Assembly: GCA_950097015.1 (NCBI GenBank)
Contig: CATNEN010000012.1
Location: forward strand, 2,170,001-2,234,000
DNA from: Macrostomum hystrix
Taxonomy: Eukaryota > Animalia > Platyhelminthes
DNA length: 64,000 nt
Direction: 5' to 3'
The position numbers and the translations under genes were made by a program. The notes under the pieces were generated by a model. The model saw only the letters and a list, made by a program, of their open reading frames with translations, was not told the DNA's origin and ran no database searches. Shown one piece after another: positions 13,701 through 27,900 of this stretch. How positions within the stretch are numbered: position 1 is the stretch's first letter; the number at the start of each line of letters is the position of its first letter.

Positions 13701-16700
13701 TCTTTTTCTAGTGATCCTTGCGAAAATAACGGATTTTAAATGAGTAATCTTTCTGCTCTCACGAATTCTCACCAACTGGGGCATTGTCTGTAAGTGGTTA
13801 AAAATTGGAAATACTGTTTGTCACGAGTATGTTCTCAACTGAATTCATATTTCAGGCTTAGGTTTCTAAGTTCTTGATAAGTTCGCTAGCTAAAATTTAG
13901 CTAATCAATTAATCAACTAAGTAATTGATTGATAATTCAATCAGTCACGAAATCTATCAACCGGCAAGCGCATCAGCATGTTATTAATCCAGCAAATGCA
14001 TCAGGTAATTCAACGAAAATATCAATCAATCAGTAAATAATAGGTAAATGAATCTCAGAGATCAATAAATTATTGAACCAACAATCGATATACTTTTTAA
14101 TCAATCAAACAATAAAATAATCAATCAAGCCATCAGCCCCTCACCGTCTGGCTGCAGGTAGAACATCGGCGGCACCTCCAGCTGACTGAGCCTGAAGCCA
14201 ACGGTGGCATTGAGTCCCCAGTCCGGGTCAGTGGCGCTCACCACAGTCACCAGAGTGTCAGCTGGAAGGTCCTCGGTGACATTGGCCGAGACGATCGCTG
14301 GCATCCTCGGCTGATTGTCGTTGATGTCCTCCAGGCTAACAGCGACGCTCACCGTGGTCGATAGAGACGGCAAGCCGCCGTCAGCTGCCACCACTCGGAA
14401 AGCGTAGCGACTTTGGGCTTCTCGATCGAGCGGTCTCACGGCAGTTATCTCGCCAGTTCCCGAGCTGACAGCGAACAATCCGCTGGCGTCGCCCAGGATA
14501 GAGTAGGTGACGCGGGCGTTGACACCGACGTCAGCGTCTCTGGCGGCCACGCTGCCGATGACGCCAGACGGTGTGGTCGAGCTTTCGACAGTCGAGAATG
14601 CGTAGGCAGCGGAAGCGAATTGCGGAGGGTTGTCATTGACGTCAGTGAGAGTCACCAGGACCTGCGGCGAGGCGAGGCGAGGCTTCACTAAGGACAGTCT
14701 CTGAATTGGGAACAGTGTCTACTTTAGGGGATCAGAGTCTATTTTATTGAGATCAAAGTATATTTAATTAGGATCAGTCCCAATTTTACGGGGATCAGTG
14801 TCTGCTTTATGGGGATCAGTGCTAACTTTGTGGGATCAGTGTCTGCTTTATGGGGATCAGTGCTAACTTTGTGGGATCAGTGTCTGCTTTATGGGGATCA
14901 GTGCTAACTTTGTGGGATCAGTGTCTGCTTTATGGGGATCAGTGCTAACTTTGTGGGATCAGTGTCTGCTATATGGGGATCAGTGGTTACTTTGTTGGGA
15001 TCAGAGTCTATTTTATGAGGATCGGTGTCTACTTTGTGGGATCATTGAATTGGGATCAAGGTCTAAAGAAATTGGTAAGTGTAATTCTAGTGTCTAAAAG
15101 TCTAGTGTAATTGTTGGGATTTTAAACTTCAATATACCAAATAAATAGAATTATATAATTAATGAGAGATGTTTCATTGGCAATCAATATTTTTGCCGTG
15201 CAATTATAAGTAGTAGATTAGTAGATAAGATAAGTAGATTGTAGTTATAGATAATAATAATTATAAGATGCAGTATTAAATGGATATGATAAAAGCTTAG
15301 GATATTTTTTGATAAATATATTCTTACCAGACACTGAAATAGGAAAAAATGGTGATTTCATGATTTTCGTGCGGAAAAAATATGAATTTAATATTACTTT
15401 AAGTAACATTTAAAGCTTTCAATGCCATAAAAAACGCACCACACTGAAAGCCTGGTTTGACGGTGAGGCATCGGTGAATGCCATCACGGTGATGACGAGG
15501 AATGGCGTCTGACTTGTGTTCTCTCGATCTGGTTGAGCACCTGGTCGGACCGTGATGCTGTTGTTGTTGCCCTGCCGAGACAAATTGAGTTTGAGCAATA
15601 ATTCAATTCTTGATCCCGATCGAATACTTCTTAATCCAAGTCTTATACTTAAAATACCAATCTTATAATCCCTAATCCCAACCATATTTCCTAACCCAAT
15701 ACTATGCTTACAAATCCCAATGTTTTTCCTACTAATACCAATATTTTAGTTACCAATCCCGATTTGTTACTTAATAATCCCTATATTGTACTCACTAATC
15801 CCAATATTTTAATTCCTAATCCCAATCTTTAACTAACTTATCCAATTTTACTTCCTAATCGAATACTTTACATAAAAATCCCAATATTGTACTTATTAAT
15901 CCGAATTATTTACTTACTAATCCCCATGTTATACTTCCTAATCCAACATTTTGCTTACAAATCCCAATAGTTTTCGTACTAACAAAAATAATAAGCTTTG
16001 AAATCCAATCGAATTGTAAAATCCTATGCACCGGATCAATCCAGTTGTCAATCGTTTCCCAGAAAAAATCCCAACCTGTCTTTTAGCAGGCAGCAATGAA
16101 CTGACTCCAAATCCCACTTTCTCACCTTGGCCTGGTCAATCTGGAACAGTGGATTATCATTCAGTAGTCGGTATTTGACATTGAACGCCGAGCCGGCGGG
16201 CAAAGTGGCCGATACTGCGCCGACAAAGGTGCCAGGAGCTGAATTTTCCGCCAGACTGAACTCGTAGTTGACCTGGCCGAATCTTGGCACCTGGTCCGAT
16301 AGCTGATTGAAGATAATCAGCAGGGCTGCTTTGCCGCTGCGCTGGACTTGACTCGGGTCTGTCGGGTTGTCGTACGCCCAAAGCTGCGGCGCAGACAGAT
16401 AGTGGGAGTAAATGTTTGCTGGTCTGTTTGATTTTCCTTCAAACAGGGAAACTTTGGTCGAAAATCCCATATTTCAAATTTAAATCCCATATTTCAAATC
16501 TAAATCCAATATTTCAAATCTAAATCCCATATTTCAAATCTAAATCCCAGATTTCAAATCTAAATCCGATATTTTAAATCTAAATGATAGATCAAGAACT
16601 TAACTCCTAGATTTTGAATCTAAATCCCAGATTTTGAATCTAAATCACAGAATTTGAATCTAAATCCCAGATTTTGAATCTAAATCACAGAATTTGAATC

Positions 16701-19700
16701 TAAATCCTAGATCTAGAATTTAAATCACAGAATTTGAATCTAAATCCCAGATTTTGAATCTAAATCCCAGATTTTGAATCTAAATCCTAGATCTAGAATT
16801 TAAATCCCAGAATTTGAATCTAAATCCTAGAATTTGAATCTAAATCCCAGATTTTGAATCTAAATCCCAGATTTTGAATCTAAATCCCAGAATTTGAATC
16901 TAAATCCCAGAATTAGAATCTAAATCCCAGATTTTGAATCTAAATCCTAGATCTAGAATTTAAATCCCAGAATTTGAATCTAAATCCCAGAATTTGAATC
17001 TAAATCCCAGATTTTGAATCTAAATCCCAGATTTTGAATCTAAATCCTAGATCTAGAATTTAAATCCCAGAATTTGAATCTAAATCCTAGATCTAAAAAA
17101 CTAAATCCCAGATTTCGAATCTAAACCAGTGATTTTAAATCTAAATTCCGGGTTTTTAATCAGATTGCCAGTTTTAAATGCCAGATTTCGAATCTTAATC
17201 TCATATTGCAGTGGGAAATTTAAATTACGTATACAAAGTTTTCAATAAAAGTGCAATTTTTGTTTCACACAATTTCCAGATTCCGAATATAAAGAACTTA
17301 AACTACGACAGACTCTCGCTTCTCAAAAAAAGCAATTTGTATTTGAATGCAGATTTTAAGCTATAAATTTTAAGGTTAATTTCAGATTGTTTAAAAACCC
17401 AACTTATTAATTTGAGCCACGCGAGACAGCCTATGGTTGGTGATTCAGTATGTGATGTACTTGAGTTAGTGCTTTGGATTTACAAAATCATTTCTATCAC
17501 CTATATCACCTAGTTTCTCTCACCTCCAATGCCAGCGGGGTGTAGTTGGTGTCATTTCCGGTGCCATTTCGCGTGACGAGCCCGCGGTTCAGCAGGTCGC
17601 TGATTGTCATCAGTTTCGCCAGCCGTACAAAACCAGTCAGCGGATCCACTGACACATAGTCCGACCCATTGCCCCTGACAAAATAGGTCAAGTTGGCATT
17701 GGCTCCTTCGTCTCTGTCTGTTGCTATGGCAACTAACAGGATGGAATTTGTTGGAGTATTTTCCAGAGTGTAGGCCCGGTACTCGATCTCGGAGAACGTC
17801 GGGCTCCAGTCGTTGATGTCCGCTAGCCGGATCGTCACCTGGGCGGTGCCCGTCAGGGACAGCGGTGACCCGGCGTCTCTGGCGAAAGCGCTGAATCGAA
17901 TCGCTGGCGTGGACTCGCGGTCAAGCCTGAGGGCGTGACTGTCATTTCTCAATGGCTTGATCCAATTGGGATCTGGATAGACACAACTGGGATCTGATTA
18001 GAGATTACTGGGATCTGGATAGAGACAACTGGGATCTGGATAGAGACAACTGGGATCGGGATAGAGACAACTGGGATCTGGATAGAGACAACTGGGATCT
18101 GGATAGAGACAACTGGGATCTGATTAGAGATTACTGGGATCTGATTAGAGATTACTGGGATCTGGGTAGAGACAACTGGATAGAGACAACTGGGATCTGG
18201 ATAGAGACAACTGGGATCTGGATAGAGATTACTGGGATCTGGGTAGAGACAACTGGATAGAGACAACTGGGATCTGGATAGAGACAACTGGGATCGGGAT
18301 AGAGACAACTGGGATCTGGATAGAGACAACTGGGATCTGGATAGAGACAACTGGGATCTGGATAGAGACAACTGGGATCTGATTAGAGATTACTGGGATC
18401 TGATTAGAGATTACTGGGATCTGATTAGAGATTACTGGGATCTGGGTAGAGACAACTGGATAGAGACAACTGGGATCTGGATAGAGACAACTGGGATCTG
18501 GATAGAGACAACTGGGATTTGGATAGAGACAACTGGGATCTGAATAGAGACTACTGGGATCTGGATAGAGACAACTGGATAGAGACAACTGGGATCTGGA
18601 TAGAGACAACTGGGATCTGGATAGAGACAACTGGGATTTGGATAGAGACAACTGGGATCTGAATAGAGACTACTGGGATCTGGATAGAGACAACTGGATA
18701 GAGACAACTGGGATCTGGATAGAGACAACTGGGATTTGGATAGAGACAACTGGGATCTGGGTAGAGACAACTGGATAGAGACAACTGGGATCTGGATAGA
18801 GACAACTGGGATCTGGATAGAGACAACTGGGATTTGGATAGAGACAACTGGGATCTGAATAGAGACTACTGGGATCTGGATAGAGACAACTGGATAGAGA
18901 CAACTGGGATCTGGATAGAGACAACTGGGATTTGGATAGAGACAACTGGGATCTGGATAGAGACAACTGGGATCTGGATAAAGACAACTGGGATCTGTAT
19001 AGAGACAAATGAAGTCTTGATAGAGACAAATGAAATCTGGATAGAGACAACTGGGATCTGGATAGAGACAACTGGGATCTGGATACAGACACCTAGGATC
19101 TTGATATAGACAATATATAATAAATCTAGCTGAGATTTGGGGTAGACGACGGTGATTTGGATGCCCACCGAGTCATTGAATTGGTTGTCAGCAGTCCGTC
19201 TGTTGCATTCAGATTGAACATTGCCATAGCTACTGGATCTGTGAGGAAGTAGGTGATCTGGGCATTATTTTCCAGGTCGGCATCGCTGGCATTCAGCTTG
19301 CCAACTGTCCTGACCCCGGATGTCTCCTCGGTCAGGACGAATGTCGACCCCGATGACGGACTAAACGTCGGAGTACAATCGTTGACATCGAGAATGATGA
19401 TTCTGACGCTGGCGAAAGTGCTCATGGCTGGACTGCCTCGATCAACCGCTGACACACTCAACAGATAGGCATCTTTGACCTCCCGGTCCACCGGGTACAG
19501 CAGCTGCAGCTCCCCGGAGGTGATGTTGATGATAAACCGGCTGTCCCCGCCGGACACTATAAAGTACATCACGGTGCTGTTGTCCCCGGCGTCTGGATCG
19601 CTTGCGGTCAATCGGCCGACGCTGGTAAACTGGACGGCGCCCTCGGACACAGAGAAGTTGTAGGAGCTGTTGGTCGCTGGCAAAAATGTTGGCGCGTTGT

Positions 19701-22700
19701 CGTTGACATCGGCCAGGTGGACAACGACGCCAACCAGGGTGCGACTGAGGGTTGTCGGATGGCCCCGGCTGTTGAATGCGGCAACTGTGAAGGAGTAGGT
19801 TTGCCCGCCGGTTGACGACTCGCGATCCAGTACGGCGCCTGGCGCGACAGTAAGCCGGCCAGTGACAGCGTTGATGACAAATGGAAGGCTGGGTGAGCCA
19901 GCCGCAGGCGGTACGATAGAATACTCGATGAAGCTATTGTTGCCGACGTCACGATCGGTAGCTTGAATGCTGGGCATCTGCGGGTGGATGGAAATCGGGT
20001 TAAATCACACAATCCTTTCTTCGCGCAGGCTAAGTCATGCAGAAGTACACCCTGCACTTACAAAGTACACCTCAGTATTGCTAGGCGAGTTTTCAGGCAC
20101 GGAGCCTGTGTACTGTGCGGCTGTGAACACAGGCGTGTTGTCGTTCACATCCAGTATGGTGAGACGCAGTTCTGCGGTTGTCTGCGGGATTAACGGGCCG
20201 ATTGTCTGTGGCCCATTCCGATGCACGAGGAAATAAGCCTACTGTGCTCACCGGAGTATCCTTATACTTCCCTGTGTACATTCCGACACTTGCCTACGTA
20301 CATTCCGATACTTTCATGTGTAAATTTTAATACTTGACTTGCCTGTTCACAATCTCTATACTCCTCTGTGTACACTCCCTGTACTCCTCTGTGTACATTC
20401 CCTGTACTCCTCTGTGTACACTCCCTATACTCCTCTGTGTACACTCCCTATACTCCTCTGTGTACACTCCCTATACTCCTCTGTGTACACTCCCTATACT
20501 CCTCTGTGTACACTCCCTATACTCCTCTGTGTACATTCCCTATACTCCTCTGTGTACACTCCCTATACTCCTCTGTGTACACTCCCTATACTCCTCTGTG
20601 TACATTCCCTATACTCCTCTGTGTACATTCCCTATACTCCTCTGTGTACATTCCCTATACTCCTCTGTGTACACTCCCTGTACTCCTCTGTGTACATTCC
20701 CTATACTCCTCTGTGTACATTTTTGCTAGAGAACTCTCGTTGACTCTGAGTGACGAGTGACTCTCGTTGTGCAATGCAACCCCAATATGCCCCACCGAAC
20801 AATCTAGTTTTTTTGTTTTGTGAAGCATACATGCCTTAAAACAAATTGTTTTCCTCGAATAAACAGAACTGTTGAATACTGTTGAGTGATGACAGTGTTA
20901 TTTTCAAACAGCAAAAATTTTTTGAAATTTGACCGTTTAATAAAAATTAAATAAGATATTTGATTTCGAAGTTGCTGGAAAAAAATAATTTAATTCAGTG
21001 AGAACAGAAAAAGAAGAAAATTTTAATTCCGTGGCCTCTTACGTTCTGTCAATTGATTAGCAAAGATTGTGTAAAGAATGATGATAATATCACATGATAC
21101 TCGTAGTTGGTATAACTTCAATGAGATCAGCTTCAGCACCAATCAACTGAACTCACATAGCGAGGTGACACTCCCATGTCCGAGGCCACAATGGTGAATG
21201 TCAGCTGTGCGTTTGTCTCCCTGTCGACTGTGCCGTTTAGTGTGACCGTGCCATTCTGCGAATCGTTCAGTCAGCGCATTATTGACAGGTAAAAACTGTG
21301 TTGATTCAGACAGGCAGACAATTGATCAAACTACCAATAAAACTATCAATCACGATTTAAATCAACAGGATTTGAATCGAAATGTCAATTTAACCGCTTA
21401 TCAAAATTTTAATCAAACTGGTAATGAAACTGCCAATCACACTGTCAATCACACCATCAATCAAACCATTAATCAAACTATCCATCACACCATCAATCAC
21501 AGCATCAATCACAGCATCAATCACACCGTCAATCACACCATCAATCACAGCATCAATCACACCGTCAATCAAACCACCAATCAAACCATCAATCAACCCA
21601 TCAATCAAACCATCAATCAAACCACCAATCAAACCATTAATCAAACCATCAATCAAACCATTAATCACACCGTCAATCAAAACTGCCAATATGAAAACCA
21701 AACATTTAAAAAGCTAATCTAAAAATCCATGAAAATGACAATCAAAGCTGTAAATACAACAGTAAAACACAAAGCATTGTTTATGTGCGGCTCACCTCGC
21801 TAATTGCCAGCAGGTATCTGAGGTTGCTAGGCGAGCCAACAGAGTAGACAACCTTGCCGTTGAGTCCCGTGTCCGCATCATCCGCCCACACCTGGCCAAT
21901 TATCTGGCCGGTCACGCCAGGTGTTTGGTCGTTCTCAGCTACGCTGAACTGATACAGCGGACTAGTGAACACCGGACTGTTGTTGTTACTGTCCATTACT
22001 ATTATGCTGACAAAGGTCTGCAATTTCAGTAACAACAAGGCGTAAAAGTAAACAAAGCTTACCTTGAAACAAAATGTTTCTTATTAACTGACGCAAAGTA
22101 CATACAGAGGTGTTGAACACTCCGTCCGTCAGCTGGATGCTGAGGTTGAATCGAGCTCTGGCAGACCTAGACAGCTGCCTGTTGAGCTGCAGACTGCCGC
22201 CCGAAGTCAGCCGAAATGTGTCTGGCGTTTAGGAAGGGTCTGGATGTTATAAACATGTGTTATAAAGGTCCGAGTGATTTCAAGGTCAAATCAGATTTCA
22301 AGGTCAAATCAGATTTCAAGGTCAAATCTGATTTCAAGGTCAAATCTAATTTCAAGGTTAAATCTGATTTCAAGGTCAAATCTGATTTCAAGGTCAAATC
22401 TGATTTCAAGGTCAAATCAGATTTCAAGGTCAAATCTGATTTCAAGGTCAAATCTAATTTCAAGGTTAAATCTGATTTTAAGGTCAAATCTGATTTCAAG
22501 GTCAAATCAGATTTCAAGGTCAAATCTGATTCCAAAATCAATTCTGATTTCAAGGAAAATTTATTATTTCAAAGTCAATGTTATTTCCAAATCAACGTCA
22601 ATCGAATTCCAAAGTCAACCTGATTTCAAGGTCACTAGGATGTCAAGGTCAAGGTCAATGTGATTTCAAGGCTCATGTTATCAGCTTTTGAGTTTTCTAC

Positions 22701-24886
22701 AGTTGCAAGGTCAACTTTTTGGGATTTTAAAGGCTTTGAAGGTCATTCATGGGAATAATTTCTGGGTCATTACAGTATTCAGCAAAGCTTCAAAAGCCGT
22801 TCTCATTAAAACAGCTAACCGTTGAAGTTTCCTTCGGCGCCGAGACTATAGAAAAACGCATTCGATGAGGCCAAGTCGTCATCCATAATGTCGAATCCGG
22901 GCACAACCACAGAGCCGACCGGGGTGCTTTCAGCCACCTGGAACTGTCGATTCACCGTGCCGGCTGCGAAACGCGGCGGCGAGTCATTGATGTCGCTGAT
23001 AAGGATCGTTAGCGAGCCGCTAGAGCTCAAAGGGCTGGGCGTACCGGAGTCGGTCGCCATGACAACCAATGTGACGACGCCGTTCCCGGCTGAGTCATAG
23101 CTGAGACCTGGCGCTTCTCGATCTGTGACACGCGCCACGGTCAGCTGGAAGCCGTTCACAATGCTGAACCAGCCGCGCTCGTTTCCAGCGGCAATCGTCA
23201 GGCTGACGTTGGCGTTCTGGCCCGCGTCCAAGTCCTGCACCGTCAGGTTGAAGGCCCAGCCGACGCTGCTGGAGTTCTCCGGAATGCGCCAGCTGGCCGG
23301 CAAGTTGGTGATGTTTGGCGCGTGGTTGTTGACGTCGGTGATGTCAACAGTTACCAGGGCGACAGCCTGTCCAAGGAGGCGATGAGTTAGATTTCAGAGG
23401 AACGCCAAACAAAAAATTGGTTAAATTATGATTATCGAATTTTGAGTCGTACAGAATTCCCAGCTGTATCCACGCAAGTGACATTGAAGGTCGCGCGGCT
23501 GATCTCCAGCCTAGAAAAAGTCGTCAACGTGGACACAACTCCGCTGCTTGAGTCGACGGCGAAGCTTCCGCTGGATCCGGACGGAGGGCCGAGTCGGTAG
23601 ACGAGCCGCGAAGGCCCGCCGTTGACGCCTCCGCCGTCGGCTGTGTCTGGATCGGTGGCCGAAACTCGGCCGATGACGACAGGCGGCGAAAGTTCGGCTA
23701 CGGCGAAGTTGTATGAAGCAGGGACGAACGTTGGCGGGTTGTCGTTGACGTCGCCAATGCGAACAATTAAATTGTAGTTGCTGGCATAGGTGCCGTCGCT
23801 TGCTTGGATCTGATTGGTTGGGGGTGGGGTGGGTTTCGTTTTGAATCGATTGGTTGGGGTGGGGTGGGTGTCGCTTTGAATGGATTGGTTGGAGTTGGGG
23901 TGGGTGTCGCTTTGAATCGATTGGTTGGTGTTGGGGTGGGTGTCGCTTTGAATCGATTGGTTGGGGTTGGGGTGGGTGTCGCTTTGAATCGATTGGTTGG
24001 GGTTGGGGTGGGTGTGGTTAGATGTAGAGCAACGGAGTGGAGCGAAAACTGCCCATTATACTACTTATACGCGTAACACTGCATAGTAGTGGACCATGCG
24101 CATGAAGGCAATAATACGGTAATCCAACTGATACCAAGTACAAACCTGTTTTAAACCAACGGTCACTCACAGATTCAAAGATCAAAGAAACTCGTCGACT
24201 ACAATTAGGGCACTCGTCATGGGAAAGGGGCCTGTGACCTTACTTAAAGCTATGAATTGATATTAGCAGTACTGCTACCGACTTACAACAAGGTTATACC
24301 GGTACGCCATGGCTGCCATTGTATCATAGTCCAGTGGCGAATTCAGCAGGACCTGCAGCGCGCTGCCTGGGCCTTGTTGAAGTCGGAACTTTCCAGCCGA
24401 GCTGTCAGCAATCAGGCTGTAGGTTGGCTGCAGATCGAGGCGGTGCGTGAGTTAGTGTCATTTCCACTGAACTTAGTTATCTTCCCAATGTCCAGCTTAC
24501 CACACTAGCCGTGACATCCGGATCTACAGCCAGAGCAGTGGCCACCGAGGCATTTATGGAAGCATTTTCATGCACCAGGCAGTCACCGCCGGGGAACTGA
24601 AATCTCGGCGCATTGTCGTTGATGTCAGTCAGGGGGACGCTGATGAGCAAGGAGGCTGAGTAGGTCGGCTCAGCGGCGTTGACGGCAACGATTACTGCGG
24701 ACACTTCGCTGCCAGTCTCGCGGTCCAGAGTGCGAGGGAGTGCCATTAGTAGGCCCTGTTGGGTTTAATTTCTCAACGATATAGGAAACACTATCACCAT
24801 TGCGCTCGCTATATTGGTAACAGGTAACAAAGATATTTAAAGATTTACGAGTACAACCAGAGACACTGCATAGATTTACAGCCACA

Positions 24887-24943
<57 letters not shown>

Positions 24944-27900
24944 GACTACTACCACTACTCACAGTATCGGCTGAGATATTGAACTTGTCTGCACCAGCCG
25001 CCAGTCTGTAAAGCACTCCGACATCAGGCGCGCCAGAATTAATTCTGGCGTCAAAGTTGGCCACAAGAAGCAGTCTGGTGTCGTTTTCCAGCACCGCTGA
25101 CACATTTGGCGCTGACAGAGCTGGCACTTTAGCGTAGAAGTCAAGATGCCGTACAACCATCAGTGAGATATTTGCCGAGCTCTTTAATTCGGCGGCGTCG
25201 GTTGCGAAGACCGTGACCGTGTGGTTGTTGCCTATGGACGGAGCGGCACCGGCCAGACTCAGCCAGCCGGTGGTCGAGTTGACTCGAGCGAAGCCGCCAG
25301 TTCCGATGGAATAAGTGATTGGCTGAGGCCGAGTAGCAGGATAATCGGGATCGATGGCGGACACGAAGCCGAACCGCCAGCCGGCAGTGGCGTTGTCAGG
25401 CGCCATGAAGCTGTACTGAGCCGGGTCGAATTTCGGCGGTGTATCGTCAGCGTTCAGCACCGCCACATAGACTGGCGCGGTTGCCGAGCGAGGCATCGCT
25501 CCCGAATCCGTTGCTATGACAACAAATGAGGACGACTGAGCAGTCTCGTAGTCCAGCGCCAGTTTCAGGCGGAGAGCGCCGCTGAACGGATCGATTTCAA
25601 AGTGCGCATCGGTCGGGGTCTGCAGACGGTAGGTCAACCGGCCGTTGACCGACGGATAGTCGGCATCGGTTGCTAGGACGGTTGCTATGACATTACCAAC
25701 CGGTGTAGTCTCGTTCACGGGTGTTGTGTACACTGCCGGATTGAACACGGGTGAGTGAGCGTTGGTGGCGTTCACGTACACGGTTACGTTCGCCGAGGCG
25801 GAGAGCGATGGCGAGCCCTGGTCGCGCGCTGTCACTCCCAGGCGGTGAATGGACTTCCTGCTGATGTTGAGCCCGGCTGTCAGGCTGAGCTCGCCGCTGC
25901 GGAAGTCCAATCTGAAGTTCGGGGTGGGTGGCATAGCGGTTTAACGTGCCTGAGCTCGATTCCGCGGCGAGGCCACATTCATTTGGGGCGCAGTTGCGGA
26001 GAGAAGGCTTTGGGATGTCAAAGGTACAGTGAAAGGTTCCACTGCCTGACGATGAGAAAGTCAGGCCAGATGTACAAGCCTGTGTGTGTATGCCTGCGTA
26101 CAGTATTTGAGTCAGGATGTGCTTAGGAGTCAGTGGAATGGGCAGCATTGCCTCCTCGCTGACTGCGGGTCTAGTGTCATCAAAAATAATTGCGCCAATG
26201 CTCACAGCCCTCCTGCAAATATGATGAATGCTAACCTGAAGTTCTCTTCGCCGCCAGACAGGAAGTACACCAGCTGGGCGTTCACGCCCGCGTCCGCATC
26301 GGTGGCGACCACCTTACCGATCACGGTGCCCACCGGGGCGAGCTCGTCAGCGAAGAAGACGTACTCAGTGTTGCCAAACAGAGGCGAATTGTCGTTGACG
26401 TCCCCGACGGTAACATTCACTACGCAGTAGTCGAAGAAGCGACCGTCGGTAACTTGCAGTCGGACAGAGTAGAAGTCACGCGCTTCCCGATCCAACGGGC
26501 CATTCGTCATCAGGCTGGCCGACTTGCTGTTATAGTCTGCCGTCAGAGTGAAGTTGGCAGCGTCTATGGCCAGATTCGCCAGACTGAAATTGAAGCCGGT
26601 GGCTGGGACTGTGTCCGGATCGCTAGCGAAGACTCGGACAACCTGCTGACCGGCTGGCAGGTTCTCCAGAACCGTGGCCGAGTAGGCGCTTGGGCTGAAG
26701 GTCACCGGCTTGTCATTGGTGTCGATGACGCGAATGCGCAGAGTCAGCAAGCTGGTCTGCGCCGGGCTGCCCTGATCCGACGCTGCCACAATCAGCAGCT
26801 GCTCCTGCTGCTTCTGATAGTCGATCTCGTTACTATTGGCAACCGTGATGCTGCCGGTCAGGGCATTGATGGAGAATGCGTTGCTTCCGCTTGAGAGGAT
26901 GGCGAAAGTGACGTTGGCATTCTGCCCAGCGTCGCGGTCCGTGGCATTCAACTGGGCAAGGAGGACAGGCATTTAAGAGATCGAAAGAGACCTAGATTAA
27001 GTTATTGATACTGCTGGACCAAGCAAATTAGTTGCAGTAATTTATTTCTAGGGCCTTAAGCTGTGCCCTGCACCACGTCATTTTCTCCAGCCTGCTCCGT
27101 ACCAGACCGTATCCAGTCTGTTCTTTACCATCATTTTCCCCAGCCTGCTCTGTACCCACAACCTCATTTTCCCCAGCCTGCTCTGTGCCCACCACCTCAT
27201 TTTATCCAGCCTGCTCTGTACCCACAACCTCATTTTATCCAGCCTGCTCTGTAGCCACCACCTCATTTTCTCCAGCCTACTCTGTACCCACAACCTCATT
27301 TTCTCCAGCTTGCTCATTACCCAACTCATTTTCTCCAGCCTGCTCATTACCCAACTCATTTTCTCCAGCCTGCTCATTACCCAACTCATTTTCTCCAGCC
27401 TGCTCTTTACCCAACTCATTTTCTCCAGCCTGCTCTTTACCCAACTCATTTTCTCCAGCCTGCTCATTACCCAACTCATTTTCTCCAGCCTGCTCTGTAC
27501 CCACCACCTCATTTTCTCCAGCCTGCTGCAGCTCCCATGCCAACCTGTTTTCTCAACCTGCAGCACTTGCTAAAACCTCCCGAGTCTCCTCACCTTCAAA
27601 ACTTGACTGCTATTCGGGGCTGCCTCCATCACACTGACAGCAGGGATTGGTGAAAACATTGGCGCATTGTCATTGACGTCAGCAACTTCCACGCGCACAC
27701 TGGCAGTGCTGACGTGGATAGAATCGTTAGCTTGTACGGTGAACGCTACAGGATTTGTTAGCAAGCTCTCCCGATCGATGACTGACCGAGTGACTATCAG
27801 GCCGTCTGTCTGTACCGAGAACAAATCTGCAAGATTGATTCGCTTTAGTTGTAAATTTGCTATACATACTACTGGAAAGTAGGATATCAGCTGGAAAGCC

